A stretch of 64,000 bases of DNA. Origin: Octopus sinensis (Eukaryota). The translations under genes and the position numbers were made by a program. Every line of letters starts with the position of its first letter. The first letter of the stretch is position 1. This document shows, piece by piece, positions 43,143 through 56,416 of the stretch. The notes below the pieces were generated by a model that saw only the letters and a program-made list of their open reading frames with translations, was not told where the DNA came from and did not search any database. The stretch spans positions 434,001 through 498,000 of the forward strand of contig NC_043026.1 of the NCBI RefSeq assembly GCF_006345805.1. The letters run 5' to 3'.

Positions 43143-43547
43143 GGCGCAGGAGTGGCTGTGTGGTAAGTAGCTTGTTTACCAACCACATGGTTCCGGGTTC
43201 AGTCCCACTGCTTGGCACATTGGGCAAGTGTCTTCTACTATAGCCTCGGGCTGACCAAAGCTTTGTGAGTGGATTTGGTAGACGGAAACTGAAAGAAGCC
43301 CGTTGTATATATGTATATATATATATATATGCGTGTGTGTGTTTGTGTGTGTGTGTTTGGCTCTCTAGCATTGCTTGACAACCGATGCCGGTGTGTTTAT
43401 GTCCGTCCCCGTTACTTAGCGGTTCGGCAAAAGAGACCGATAGAATAAGTACTGGGCTTACAAAGAATAAGTCCCGGGGTCGAGTTGCTCGACTAAAGGC
43501 AGTGCTCCAGCATGGCCACAGTCAAATGACTGAAACAAGGAAAAGAG
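43143..43547 (+). mobile_element. Full-length SINE (family A)
   Basis: Collinear with 56765-57166. Confidence 0.9.
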
Positions 43548-43575
43548 TATATATATTATATATATATATATACAT

Positions 43576-43610
<35 letters not shown>

Positions 43611-43683
43611 AAACATATATAAATATATAAAAGAAATATTTTATAACCACTGGGCCATTGCGCCTCCATATATATATATATAT

Positions 43684-43811
<128 letters not shown>

Positions 43812-43920
43812 TATATATATGTATAATTAAAGGGAAAGTTTACGAAAATAAACAAAAGACGAAGGCAGGTGGAGTACAAACAAACAAATGTATTAGTATA
43901 GCGCTCAGGAATAGAAAAAG

Positions 43921-43958
43921 TCTTTTACGTTTCGAGCCTACGCTCTTCGACAGAAAGA
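43921..43958 (-). ncRNA. Minimal type I hammerhead ribozyme-like motif (A6 to U)
   Basis: TCTTT-CTGTCGA-A-GAGC(gtag)GCTC-GAAA-CG-TA-AAAGA; perfect 5-bp stem I. Confidence 0.6.
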
Positions 43959-45061
43959 TACAAAGAAAAAACAAGGAGAGAAACAAGGAGAGAAAAAGAT
44001 GCGTGTAGGAGCTAACTATCTATCATGGCGTCCAATATATTAATAATATATTATTATTACAAAGAGATAAGAGATAAAATTATATGTACTAGCAATATTT
44101 TTATATTAATTAGTGCTTGATGAATCATTGTCTGCTAAATACAGCTTGTTGAATTAATCAACTAAAATTTATTCCCACCCAAAATGTGTAGCCCGGAGAG
44201 AACACACTGAAACGCTGAATTTAGTAGTTAGGCATACAGCGGAAAAACACCCGACGACATGCCTTCTTAGTTCCATTAGAATTCTGTCTCTAAATTTGGC
44301 AATAAGTTATAGTTGCCCCCAGGTACAACCGCCTGATACTTCTTCAGTTTCTGTAGAAATTTTCCACGTTGATTTTGATCTGTCACGCTTGTCTCCCTTG
44401 GGATATTCATCGGACGGTTTGCCTGGTGTTATCAGAAAGAGGTTTTCACGAGATGTGTTCTAGCTAATCTTATTTACTGCTCTTAATCTGGGTTCTAACA
44501 GTTTTCTGGCTTCGCTCTTCCTTCAAGGTTTGTTTGTAACTCAATCTTGCCATATCACAAAAAGAATGACAAAATAATTCGAGAGCCACCGAGGTCCACA
44601 TGCTTTACTTTGTGCCGAGCTGAATAAGACTTTTACCAGTCATGTATCCTAAGGAGATTTCATCGATTTTGTCGTTTATTCACTCGTCATTCCCAATAAG
44701 GAAAGTCTTTTGTCTATGAAAAGGACGGGTAGCATAACACCGTAGGCTGCAAACAGCAAGCTTGCTACGCATGCAAGATTCTAGGAGTTCCAGCAAAACC
44801 TATTATAAAAAGAATTAATAACAATGGTTTCAATTTTTTTCCACAAGGGCAACAATTTGGGACAGGCCATGAATCTCACCGCGGTTTGCCGCGGATAAAA
44901 TTCTTTACAACACTGCTTCGCCTTCCCAATAAATAATTTTTACAGGTCAAATATGTGACACACATAACTGAATTGATCTAAATATTTGTTTATCATTATT
45001 ACTATTATTATGGAAATAATAATATGCATTTGTGTGCGCGTGTATGTGTATGCATACATAC

Positions 45062-45240
45062 CTCATCAATTGGAAGATAGTTCCAGAAATCAAGGATAGG
45101 ATGCCGGAAGAAGTTGGGACAAAAGGTACCTCTGCATTCGTACACATTCCAGGTTGAAGGAAGTCCTATATTCAGGAATGAATCATAGACTTTCGAACCA
45201 GCTCCCATTGATAAGGCATATGTTTTAATCCATTGGCTAT
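45062..45240 (-). CDS. Gene 2, second coding exon
   Basis: tttcag|AT...GATGAG|gtatgt, 179 nt. SQWIKTYALSMGAGSKVYDSFLNIGLPSTWNVYECRGTFCPNFFRHPILDFWNYLPIDE. Confidence 0.9.
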
Positions 45241-45270
45241 CTGAAATAATTATAATAATACCAACAACAA

Positions 45271-45306
<36 letters not shown>

Positions 45307-45399
45307 CAGCAGCAGCGGAAGCAGCAGTAGGAACAAATACAAAATGGTCATGATAAAGCATAATTCAACAAGGGACTACACAATCATTTCCATGTAGCC

Positions 45400-45870
45400 A
45401 GAACAGAAGTTTTTGGAAAACATAGGGCAGCAATTATGGGGAGGCCATGAATCGATTACATCGACCCCAGTGTTTAACTGGTACTTAATATATCGACCCC
45501 GAGTGGATGAAAGGCAAAGTCGACCTGGGCGACTCAGAACGAGTCAACTGGCGAAATACCTATTTCTTTACTACCCATGAGGGGCTAAACACAGAGAGGA
45601 CAAACAAGGATAGACAAAGGGATTAAGTCGAATATATCAACCCCAGTGCGTAAATGGTACTTATTTAATCGACCCCAAAATGATGAAAGGCAAAGTCATC
45701 CTCGGCGGAATTTGAACTCAGGGCGTAGCGGCAGATGAAATACCTATTTCTTTACTACCCACAAGGGGCTAAACACAGGGAGGACAAACAAGGACAGAAA
45801 AACGGATTAACTCGATTATATCGACCCCAGTGCGTAACTGATACTTATTTAATCGACCCCAAAATACTGC
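45400..45870 (-). mobile_element. SINE family B, internally duplicated; other fragments at 3560-3750, 58440-58640, 60678-60775
   Basis: Shared core GAGTTCAAATTCCGCCGAGG.CGACTTTGCCTTTCATC...GGGGTCGAT....TAAGTACCA. Confidence 0.75.
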
Positions 45871-46289
45871 TAAGAATTTCACCCGCCAGTTTGCCGCTTT
45901 CCCCTCTGAAAATATTAACAACTTTAAAAGAATTTTTCACCGATCTAGTGAACCATATCATTGCAGTAAACAGTAAGTGTGTATGTGTATAAGTATGTAT
46001 GTAAGTAACTACGTAGGTACGTATGTTTGTACCAATATAGTAGGAAACCGTCAGTTTTAACCATGAACCGTGAACTTTGGCTTTTACTTACAAGTATACT
46101 AGAAGAAAAGAAAACGAGTAGTCCACTTGACAAATGTCAAATAAATGAAGATGTTCACCTGCTATATAGAGTGATACAACACACCACCTAACAGGTTCAA
46201 ATCCAGCAAAATTACAACACTCGCCCCCTGCCTTAAAAACGTTTAGAAACAGTTAAAAATTTAAGAATGCCCATGACCGTTCTGGAGGT

Positions 46290-46720
46290 ATTCTTACATG
46301 GTGTGAACGCCGAAAAGATCCGAGTTATATCTAGTTTGCAGCATGCTTTGACAGACGACTTTAAATTAGCTGCAGCCATCGATATAGTACCATTATATGG
46401 AGAAGTAGGAAACCGAAGAGATTTAACCACAGATTTTGAAAGAAGTTTTCCAAGCTTCCAGTGTCCAAGGGCGCTATTAACGAAAATCCATTTATAGATA
46501 TTTCTATCATCGACGCGTGCAACGCAGAGAGAACAGAAGCAACCGTACCAGTTTGAATTGATGCAGTAACTGAATATTTAGACCTGCATACTTTTGAATA
46601 ATGATCAATCTTCTTGAATTTCCTACATTCAGTATTTCGAGCTGGATATTTAAGACGCTCATGTCTTGATACACTTCCACACCCGTAACAGTAGATCCAA
46701 TGTTTTGATGTATTACTAGC
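46290..46720 (-). mobile_element. Ty3/gypsy-like gag zinc-knuckle + aspartic protease remnant
   Basis: Minus-strand translation CYGCGSVSRH...PARNTECRKFKKIDHYSKVCRS...IEISINGFSLIAPLDTGSLENF. Confidence 0.75.
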
Positions 46721-47939
46721 CGCTGCACTAGTTTCCTCTAACCTTTCATTCCCTTCTAGTAAAATTCTAGTGAACCAAATTATTGTAGTAAACAGTAAAT
46801 GTGTATATATTTAAGTATGAACGCAAGCAACTAAGTAACTAAGAACTAAACAACAATCTCTACTAATCTCGCGGTAGCAACAGCGAAACAAAGTGAAGAA
46901 ACGATGAAGTCATCTTCAGGTGCAGAAGGGAGTGGGACGATGATGGAAGGGTGTAAAAAATGTGTTTGTAAATCTTTTTTCATACAAAGATGCCTCACCC
47001 CCACACCATCACTTCAAAGGCTGTGGTTTAAAAAAATTAAAAACTCTGAAAACATTTTCCCCAAAATTTCTTTACAATTGTAATTTGTGCGTTTGAAGGG
47101 GATTTGTATAAATTTTCTTCAAAACTTACTTATTTTCCTGAAAGTTATGAGGGAGAAAAGTAGATCGTGGGAATTTTCCAACCCCACAGAAAACTTCTTT
47201 CTTATAAATCCCGACGCCACAACATCTAAGCGGTATTTGTAGAAAATTTTGTTAAAATGCATTTTTCTGGATGTCATGAAGCAACAAATTTGGGAGTGTA
47301 TACATCTGTAGTGATGCCCTTTTATTTATACGATTTTTCCAATTCATGTTTATTTTATTTATTGTTTACAATACTCACTCTCTCCCCACTCTCTCACGCA
47401 CTCACACACTACAAAGCTGTAAGAAGGGCTGCTGGATTGAAAGCTCTGTGTTGCTTTGAGGGGAAGGTAAAAATTGACAAACTGCTTCTCTTCTGTTGTT
47501 GGACTACCGTGATGTTTGTTTTACAGACAGAGATTATTACTGGTAAAATAATTCCTCTCTCGTTTGCTCGACACACACGTCAAATTTAAATATCTTAATT
47601 CCCTCCTTAAGAGCGTTGTTGCTTCTGTGGGCCAGTAGGCATGGGTGTTGATAAATAATATTAAAGCAGATAGGTGGTGGTTTCAAATCTCTTCCAGAGA
47701 TTTAGATTTATAATATTTAATTTATTTCTCTTAAATGTGACATACGCGTCAGGTACGTACAAATATATGAATAACAATGATAGCTTGTATTAATGAGAAA
47801 AAAAGGAGAATTAACGTTATCAACACCTGTAACCGTAGTCCACCTATCTCTGGTGCTTTTCGTTCTCTGCGTGATACCTGAGGATACTAACTAAAGGAAA
47901 ACTCCCAAACAATTAGCCACCTTCTCTTCATGGATGATT

Positions 47940-48520
47940 AAAAAATGGATAGCAAAGATGTTCCTTGGTGAACAAGGTCCCCTGTTTTAGTACTGATATT
48001 AGAATGGAATTTGGACTTAAGAAATGAGGAATAATCTATTTAAAAAGAGACAAAAGGGGACACTCCCTAACAGGGATTAAAGTACCGAACAGAGACTTAA
48101 TGAAGCAAATTGAAACGGAAGGATGCAAATACTTTGGTGCACTAGAGTTTAACGAGATAATGGCAAAAGCGATGAAAGACCAACAGAAGATGGAGAATTT
48201 CCGAAGACTGGGGTATGTGTTTCGCTCAAAATTGAATGAATGCAATAAAATCCAAGCAGTTAATACGTGGCAATAGCATCACTTCGTTATGGATCGGTAA
48301 TTATAAAACGGCAAAAGAGATAAAAGAAGAAAATGAATAGCATGACCAGAAAAATGTTGAGAGTACACGGAGCCTTCCACACGAAGAGTGATACCAATAG
48401 GCTGTACTCGTCCAGAAGAAAGGGTGGGACAAGTTTGATCTGTTGTCAGGACTGTATCGAAGCAGAGGAAAATGGCCTAGGATGGTATATAAAAAATGAT
48501 CTATATACACGCAGAAGAGA
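47940..48520 (+). mobile_element. Old diverged R4/Dong RT fragment
   Basis: Degenerate translations IRMEFGLKK..., CKYFGALE, and TRKMLRVHGAFHTKSDTNRLYSSRRKGG match the HPKSDIERLY..GGRGL region of the young copies. Confidence 0.7.
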
Positions 48521-48611
48521 GTCGATTCATATGAAAAAGAAAGTTATCTCGGCGGAATTAATCATAATGATAATGAAAAAAAAATAATAATAGTAATAAT
48601 AATTCACTTAC

Positions 48612-48941
48612 TTCTGTAGAAGGACATCTCGTTGCTGTCATTCGTGCTGACAACTGTCATGATATTTTTCGGTGAGTAATTCTTACAACACGGCTGACAT
48701 TGTTGTAAGTGAAGAATTCCGATTGGCTGCTTAGAGAAATCGCGGCACATTTCAGTAGACATTGAGTGGAGGAGAATTGTTCTGTCGGAGGTTCCTGAAG
48801 GTAACGGTAGGAATACCCAGGAGCCAAAGATCTGTAGCTGCCTGTATAAAATTGCTGGTTTGAGGTAACGGTCAGAATTGTAGTAAGGGTTAATAGCAGC
48901 ACTGTGGTCACGGTTGGAATGGTAGAAGGAAACTGGAACAT
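48612..48941 (-). CDS. Gene 2, first coding exon: signal peptide + PAN/Apple-like module (one 1-nt deletion near 48687)
   Basis: ttctag|AGCCAAG ATG, donor AGAA|gtaagt. Length is 330 nt instead of 331; restoring one T (GTTGT to GTTTGT) gives ...VSRVCKNYSPKNIMTVVSTNDSNEMSFYR, collinear with gene 1. Confidence 0.85.
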
Positions 48942-49017
48942 CTTGGCTCTAGAATCAACAGAGGACTATTCATATAAATATTTGTGTGCGTGCGTGTGTG
49001 TGTGTGCGTGCGTGTGT

Positions 49018-49079
<62 letters not shown>

Positions 49080-49396
49080 GAAGATGAGGGAGAAAATTTA
49101 GAGAGAGAAGGAGAGGAAGGCAGAATTCAAAAGTGGGAGAGGTAAAGAGAAAGAGACTGTAGAGAAATTGATAGAGAGATAGAAATAGGGAGAAATAGAT
49201 CCTGGTATAAGGAGACAGAGAAAGGGATAAGGGGACAAATGTAAAAAGAAAGATTAACAGATAAAAGAGAGTGAGAGTCATCGGAGAGAGAGTGAGAAAC
49301 ATAGAGAGAAGTAGAGGAGAGGAGAGCATAGAGAGGGGAAGAGAATAGGCTCTCTCTCTCTCTCTCACACACACACATGCACAAATGTAATCTTAC

Positions 49397-49500
49397 CTTT
49401 GTTGTGGGTAGACGCAGTGATTTTGCTATTCGTGGGCAACGAGAGACGTCAGGTCTGTCCACTATGACCGTCCAGTCATAAAATATGAAGGATGTCCACA
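49397..49500 (-). other. Putative 5' UTR exon of gene 2 (3' end at donor 49397; 5' end undefined)
   Basis: Strong donor CAAAG|gtaaga upstream of the ATG exon; in-frame TAG upstream, so non-coding. A weakly similar donor-bearing segment (GACAAGA|gtaagc, 13273) lies upstream of gene 1. Confidence 0.45.
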
Positions 49501-50179
49501 AATGCCGCTTTCAGAATTACCACAGAAGTCACCACTGTCTGTAGATGTCAAGTGAGGACCCCTACGAATGACAATATTGTTCACTGCATTCAAATGATAC
49601 AGAGGCCGACTTATCCTTTTTTCCTTTCAGGCTCAATAAAACATGTAGTAGCTGAGCAGTGGGGTTCATATGATCAACTAGCCCTTTCCTACAAAATTTC
49701 AGACCTTGTGTTTATAGTAGAAGGAATATTATCTTCTGCTTCCAGAATTACCACAGATGTCGGCACTGTCTCCAGATATCAATCCAGAGTTCCTACAGAT
49801 GACAATATTACCACTGTCTCTACAAGTGAAACCGGAGCGAAGGTTTTCGAACTGTTCACTGATAGCAGCACTGCTCGCTTCTGTCACCAGTATCAGCAGA
49901 TACGACAACTCTGTATAATGGTCAATAACATACACAGTGAGAGCAACACTGGTCATTAATCAAGTAATGCTTTCACCCACACGAAACTAAACTAGTGTCT
50001 AACATGAATACGAACAGTCACACTTCACTGAGCACATTAGATACCTAAATGCACATTCGATGGGATGTGTTCGATATTCTTGTTGGTCGTGTCAGTGGTG
50101 TTGGTGCGTTTGATGTGACGCATATATATATATGTGTATATATATATATGAAAAAATAAGTCAAAATAGAAAATGCTAA

Positions 50180-51370
50180 AATAATTTTATAGTGAACATT
50201 TCAGTACCGGTTTCGGTCATTTTGAGACCTTTTCAACTGTAACGATTAAATAATTAAATTTAGAAAAATTAGAAGAAAAGTTTTTTTAAAGGAATATTTC
50301 TATAGTAGTGTTCAGATATAAGTGGCATTCTGCCTTTCTCTGACTCCCTTGTTTGCACTTGTGTGTTGGAGGTCGTTGTGAATTCTTGGTAGGGTAGAAG
50401 AAGAAGAAGGCTGATGAGGAGAGAGGGTGGGAAAATCTGGGAGTGCCCTGATGGTCGTATTTTGAATGGTCAGTGGCGGCTAGCAGTCGCAGTTCAATTC
50501 AGGAGAATATTTCTATTGAAATGCTTGTTTATGGAATTTGCGTAGGTGTTATACTAAAAAGCATTTGTGACAAAGTTAAGAGGTAGAAGGTGGAGAAGTA
50601 GAAGAAGAAGAAGAAGGTGAAGAAGAAGAAGATGACGATGTTGATGATGATGATGATGAAGAAGAAGAAGAAGGAGAAGGAGAAGATGATGATGATGATG
50701 ATGGTGGTGATGATGATGACGACGATGATGATGATAATGATGATGATGAAAAAGAAGAGGAAGAAGAAGAAAAAAAACAGAGAAGGGAGAATATGAATGG
50801 GTGAAAGTAGTGAGGTGTTGTATGACTTGAAGTTGGCATGTTATGGATTATAGCTGTGATTTTAGCTGTGATTAGTAATGGATTCTTTGGAATGTAATAT
50901 TTGTGTGTGAATATTTCTTTTATTCTAAAGTTGAGGTATATTAATTGTTTGTCGTAGACCCGTAAGAGTGGCCTGTATTTTGTAATAAAGAGAGTTTCTT
51001 ACTTATTCGTTGTCTCGCGGTTGTATCGTCCCTAAATTGGTAGAGGGGGAAAATCCTGAAGCTTTGTGTTTTTTTTTTTGCGCAAGTATCTATGTGTTGG
51101 CTAAAAGCTATTTTTCTGTTTTGGGGAATTTTTATCTGGGATCTGTGCAGGGCCATTCGTTTACGCAAACTATTTTTTTTTTGGCCTATGTACTGCTCTT
51201 GACACTCGGAGCAGGTTAGTGAGTATATTAGGTTCTCCGAAGCACATGTGAAGTTGCTTTTCACTGTAAACCGTTGTCCCTGTTTGAAGGAGAACTCTGA
51301 TCCCTCAATTAGATAGTCGCATATCCCGCAATTGGGTCTTCCACATTTTTTTACTGTCGGCTTCTGTGTT
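50180..51370 (-). mobile_element. Penelope-like element fragment: GIY-YIG endonuclease (50941-51264) and 3' region
   Basis: CASENLIYSLTCSECQEQYIGQKKNSLRKRMALHRSQI is the PLE-type GIY-YIG signature; a hammerhead motif lies downstream on the same strand. Confidence 0.85.
50202..50239 (-). ncRNA. Minimal type I hammerhead ribozyme, U3:A8 core variant
   Basis: CAG-TTGAAAA-GGTC(tcaaaat)GACC-GAAA-CCGG-TA-CTG: stem I, 7-nt core, stem II, palindromic stem III, GUA site. Confidence 0.55.
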
Positions 51371-51469
51371 ATATATATATATATATATATAAGATATATA
51401 TTATATATATGTAAATGTGTGTGTATATCTATGTATATATATACATATATATACGTATATATATATTGT

Positions 51470-51529
<60 letters not shown>

Positions 51530-52022
51530 CAAAGAAATTCCGACTCTGTTTTTTATGCTTTATTTATATTCTTTATAATATTAAAGTAGAATATAGAATA
51601 AGTGTCACGTGACACTTGTTTGGGCTGCCTGCTGGAGCCTAGCGGCAGGTATTTAAGGGAAAAAATTGACAAGTCAGTCAGTCAGTCACCGGCTGACACT
51701 CGCTGAAGATACATCGAAGAGGCCAGGGAACAGAAGAAAGAAGGAGAAAGAGGACATGCACCCAACACCAGAGCTGAAGACACCTCCGAAAAGACGGGGG
51801 CCCCGCCACGTCAAAACCGTAGAGAAATAGGGGCCGAAACTGGACGTGGTTCTCCTGATGATGATTGAACTAACTGGATCCTATAAAGGAGCTGTTGTGG
51901 TAGCAGACCACGAAACACGGTTGTAATTCCCTATATAGTAAAATGAAATAAAGTATTGAATAGATGAAATGTTGAATATAAAATATTTGGGGACTAGTAT
52001 ACTTTCATGCGTTATATATATA

Positions 52023-52086
<64 letters not shown>

Positions 52087-55000
52087 TAGATAGATATAGA
52101 TATATAGATATATGTGTTTATATGTATGTAGTATATATATATATATATATGTTTGTATGTATGTATGTATATGTTTGTGTGTATGCGTTTGTCACTCCAA
52201 CATCGCTTAACAACCGATGCTGGTGTGTTTACGTCCCCGTAACTTATCTACATATACATCGTAGATAAAAAGAAAGAAAAATAAAGAAAGGAGAAATGAA
52301 TTTTCTGCAAGGGAAGTAAATTGGTGAGGGCCATAGGAGGGATTAATTTACGTTAAGTTTAAGACGAGGGAAGGGTACCAGGAACGGAGATGAAAAAAAA
52401 AGGGAAAAACGCAGGCGGATGTTGTAGCCATTGACTTAACAAAAGATGAGATGGCCACATTTGGAATTATGTAAGTCATAGATCAGAGTTGATCTGGTGT
52501 TTGAGGAACTTCACAAACTCTTGCTCACTTCACAATGTAAACACACACACTAATCTTAACATCTATATCCCCTTATCATAATACATACGTTCACAGGCAA
52601 AACAGAATGCGATAGAAAAAAATTAAACACTTACTTTCACTGGGGTTGAGGGCCGCCCCACACGCTCTTTAGGTGGTTATGTGAGGAGCTGATGACAGGA
52701 TTGTTCATTAATGGCACAGCTTTTCTCTGCCCTTCCTGCCGTCTTCTACTGTAAATATTTTCTTCTATTACCAACTGTAGGGTCTACAGATATCTAGGTT
52801 CTTTACAAATGCCAGTACTGGTCACTGCTCTCAGTCCTATGTTTTCTTATCTTATTACTTACAGATTCTGGTATGACCCTAAATGAATAAAACACAGAGG
52901 CTGTCCACTGCTGTCAGTACCATCCCATCAGATAAAGCTCGTTTACTTGTATGCCAGTATTTCTCTACTGAAGTGAAAACAAAAGCTTTTCAAAACGCCT
53001 CGTTTGCTCGTTATGTAGGAGAAAGTCCTTGAATTAAGAGAGACGTGCGCTTCACAAAAGATATAGAAAATACAGCTAAGTAGATACTGAAGGAGTTCTG
53101 ATGTTAGTAACGTCGTTGCTGCGCTTTTTGTGATGCTGGCGTTATAGTATTAATGCCAGGTGACTGGATCTTTTGATGTTGCTGTTTCACGTCGTTTCAC
53201 TCAAGGCATCTATTGTAGAAATGCATTCAAATCCATCAACAAAGCTGGTGCAATGAGTACATAGATCTGAACCAGTGCACAATCAATTTTAACAACTGAT
53301 ATTTGACATATCAAACGATTTTTCTGCATTTTATGACAAATGCAGGCACAAACACACCGGCCTCCAACTTTTTCCATTGATCTTACAGACATAAAAAGAA
53401 CAGTTTTCACCAGTTTCTCACTACATGAAACATGGAAATTTTTTTTACATGAAACATGGAAATTTTCGGTGCATGTTTATTATAAAGATAACACAAACCC
53501 CTACTCACTCGAACATGCACACAGATAGATGGCGATTCAAAACATCCTGGCCATTGACTTGTAATTCGATGTTATACTTAATTATGGCTGAGTCTAGGTA
53601 CACAGATAAGCTATGTATATATGTATCTGGTACTGATGAAGGGTAAGACCCTGAAACCAATACTGGTCTACTGGTCCTGCCACCACTGGAAGGGAGGTGT
53701 TCGATCCCTAGCGCGCAATATATCGGACACAGATATTGTGTCATGTTAACCATGTTGAGGTGGCAACAAACATTACCCACACGCGCACACATATATATAT
53801 ATACATACATATATGTATACATACATATATACATGCATATATATAATATATATGTGTATGTGTATATATATATATATATATATAATATATATATTATTAT
53901 ATTATTATTATTATTATTATTATTATATTATTATTATTATTATTATTATTATTATCATTAGGTAAGTTATTTCCGAGTTCACAGGGGAAAGAAATTCAAT
54001 TTAGTAGAACTGAAATGAATTTCTCGCTGTATTACATACATATATAGGTTTATGAGACAGAACCACCTTCAAGCAACTCAAACAACATTGAACGACATTA
54101 TCTATGATGGAGAAATATAAGATTAAATTTTATCAAATTAATATCTACAAATACTATTCTAAGTCATATATTAAATTATATAGACAACGCACGTTTCATG
54201 ACAATATATCTATCGGTATTGCTGAAATAGAAATTCAATACCATATCAATCCGACTATTTGTGTATGTGTCTCTTTACTAACGATCAGTTATCAAAATAG
54301 CTGATCTGCTGTTGTAATGAATCAGTGTACAATTAAATGAACGATTTGATGATGTACCTGTCTCTGTGTTCTTTATTATTGTTTGCAAGTTACATTCCTA
54401 ATAATCTTCATAATCCAGGGAGTTACAGGTCACAAGATATAAAGCGTTGTTGTTAATACCAAACCATCATTGACGCTTATTAATACTTGATGAGGCTAGC
54501 CGTAACTTGGAATATACCTGAGAGCTACCACGATACCCATCTGGATAATTTTATCCCTATACACTCATATAGTTTTCGGCAGGCTGTCTGAAGTATGCGC
54601 TCTGAGGGTTCAAATATATGTATGCCACTAGAGTTCCGCTTTGAGTTGGAGTTGAAGTTGTGAATTTTTGACTGATTTATCCAAAGTTGCAAGAAGAGTA
54701 GGTATGAGTTTAAGTACAAAACGAAAGGTAAACAATTTGACATGCTTTGGTAAGGACACTTAATGTAATTTAGTTATATCTCTACCTTTATAGCAAAAGT
54801 AAATTAAATGTCATTGTCAAGTCTTGCAAAATCATTTGTTTCTCCTTTCTACATTAACCTATACATACAGAATACAAACACACACACACAAACTCATATT
54901 TATATATATATTTATATATTTATATTTATATTTATATATATATATATTATATATATATATTTATATATATTTATATATTTATATTTATATTTAAAGTTAT

Positions 55001-55183
55001 ATATATAAATATTTATATATATAATGTCTATACGCATAAGAATATGTATATTACATATGCAAAAATATATACACACTTCCTCTTCTGCCACTTATCTCTC
55101 TCACACCATGTAGTTTTCTTTGTTTCTTTCTCTCGCTCAACTTCTCTCAGTTTATCTCTCTCTCACTCTCTCTTACTGTCTCA

Positions 55184-55243
<60 letters not shown>

Positions 55244-55673
55244 AATAATTTGTCAAAATCGTGCAGGAACAGGAAATCAGACGAATTGTCTGACATAACA
55301 ATCTATGCTTTTACACATTCACTTAACTGAAAAGCGGCCATTTTGTCACAAAGACACCTAAAGGATTTTCTTTTGTTTTTCTTTTCGATTGCATCGATCC
55401 AAGGTCTTATGTCAGGTTTTTATTTCTTTTATCGATCTCTACTCACACAATGGATACGTTGCCTTTATGACAACAGTGTGTGCATCATGAACCACAGGTT
55501 TGTAAAAGGATGCCGCTATTATGTTTACATAAATCCATCAATTAATACAAACAATCGTTCCGTTGTTGTGAGTAAATAGAGCGGAAAATTTTGATTACTG
55601 TAATCAATCGCGTTTCCTTCACACGCCTTCTATACTTGTATGTGCCACACGCACACAGATGTGTGTGTATAGG

Positions 55674-55739
<66 letters not shown>

Positions 55740-55819
55740 TGCATGCATATATATGTGTCTATATATATATATATATATCAGTATCTATGTTCAGGCATAT
55801 ATATCAGTATCTATGTTCA

Positions 55820-55860
<41 letters not shown>

Positions 55861-55895
55861 GTATAAGTGTATACACACACACACACACACACACG

Positions 55896-55928
<33 letters not shown>

Positions 55929-56379
55929 CACACACACACCACACACACACACACACATATATATATATACATATAATACAAAAAAGGAAAATGGAGAAAT
56001 ACACATTAATCAATAATCAACTACCAGATAATACCCAATCACATAATTATTAACCCTTGATGTTCATATGTAGTGGTTTAATAAATTATGTGATTGGATA
56101 TTATCTGGTAGTTGATTATTGATTAAGGTGTATTTCTCCATTTTCTTATTTTGTATTATTAATTTGTGGTAAAACATTTTACCTTTGCCCATATAATACA
56201 ATAAATGAATTAATGGCATCGCAATTCTTAACATTTATGTATTAACTTTGTTGGGTGCTTTACTAGCAGTATATTGGATATTGTTATCCCATGGTGGGTT
56301 GCACTCACAACCCTTATCTCAATTTGTAATACACACACACACACACACACACACACAACACACACACACACACACACAC

Positions 56380-56415
<36 letters not shown>

Positions 56416-56416
56416 A

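Noticed and set aside
51860-51930. Functional hammerhead (CTGATGA...GAAAC)
   Set aside because: CTGATGA is not adjacent to a stem II that closes at GAAA; the alternative core lacks G8-A9 spacing and stem I is mispaired.
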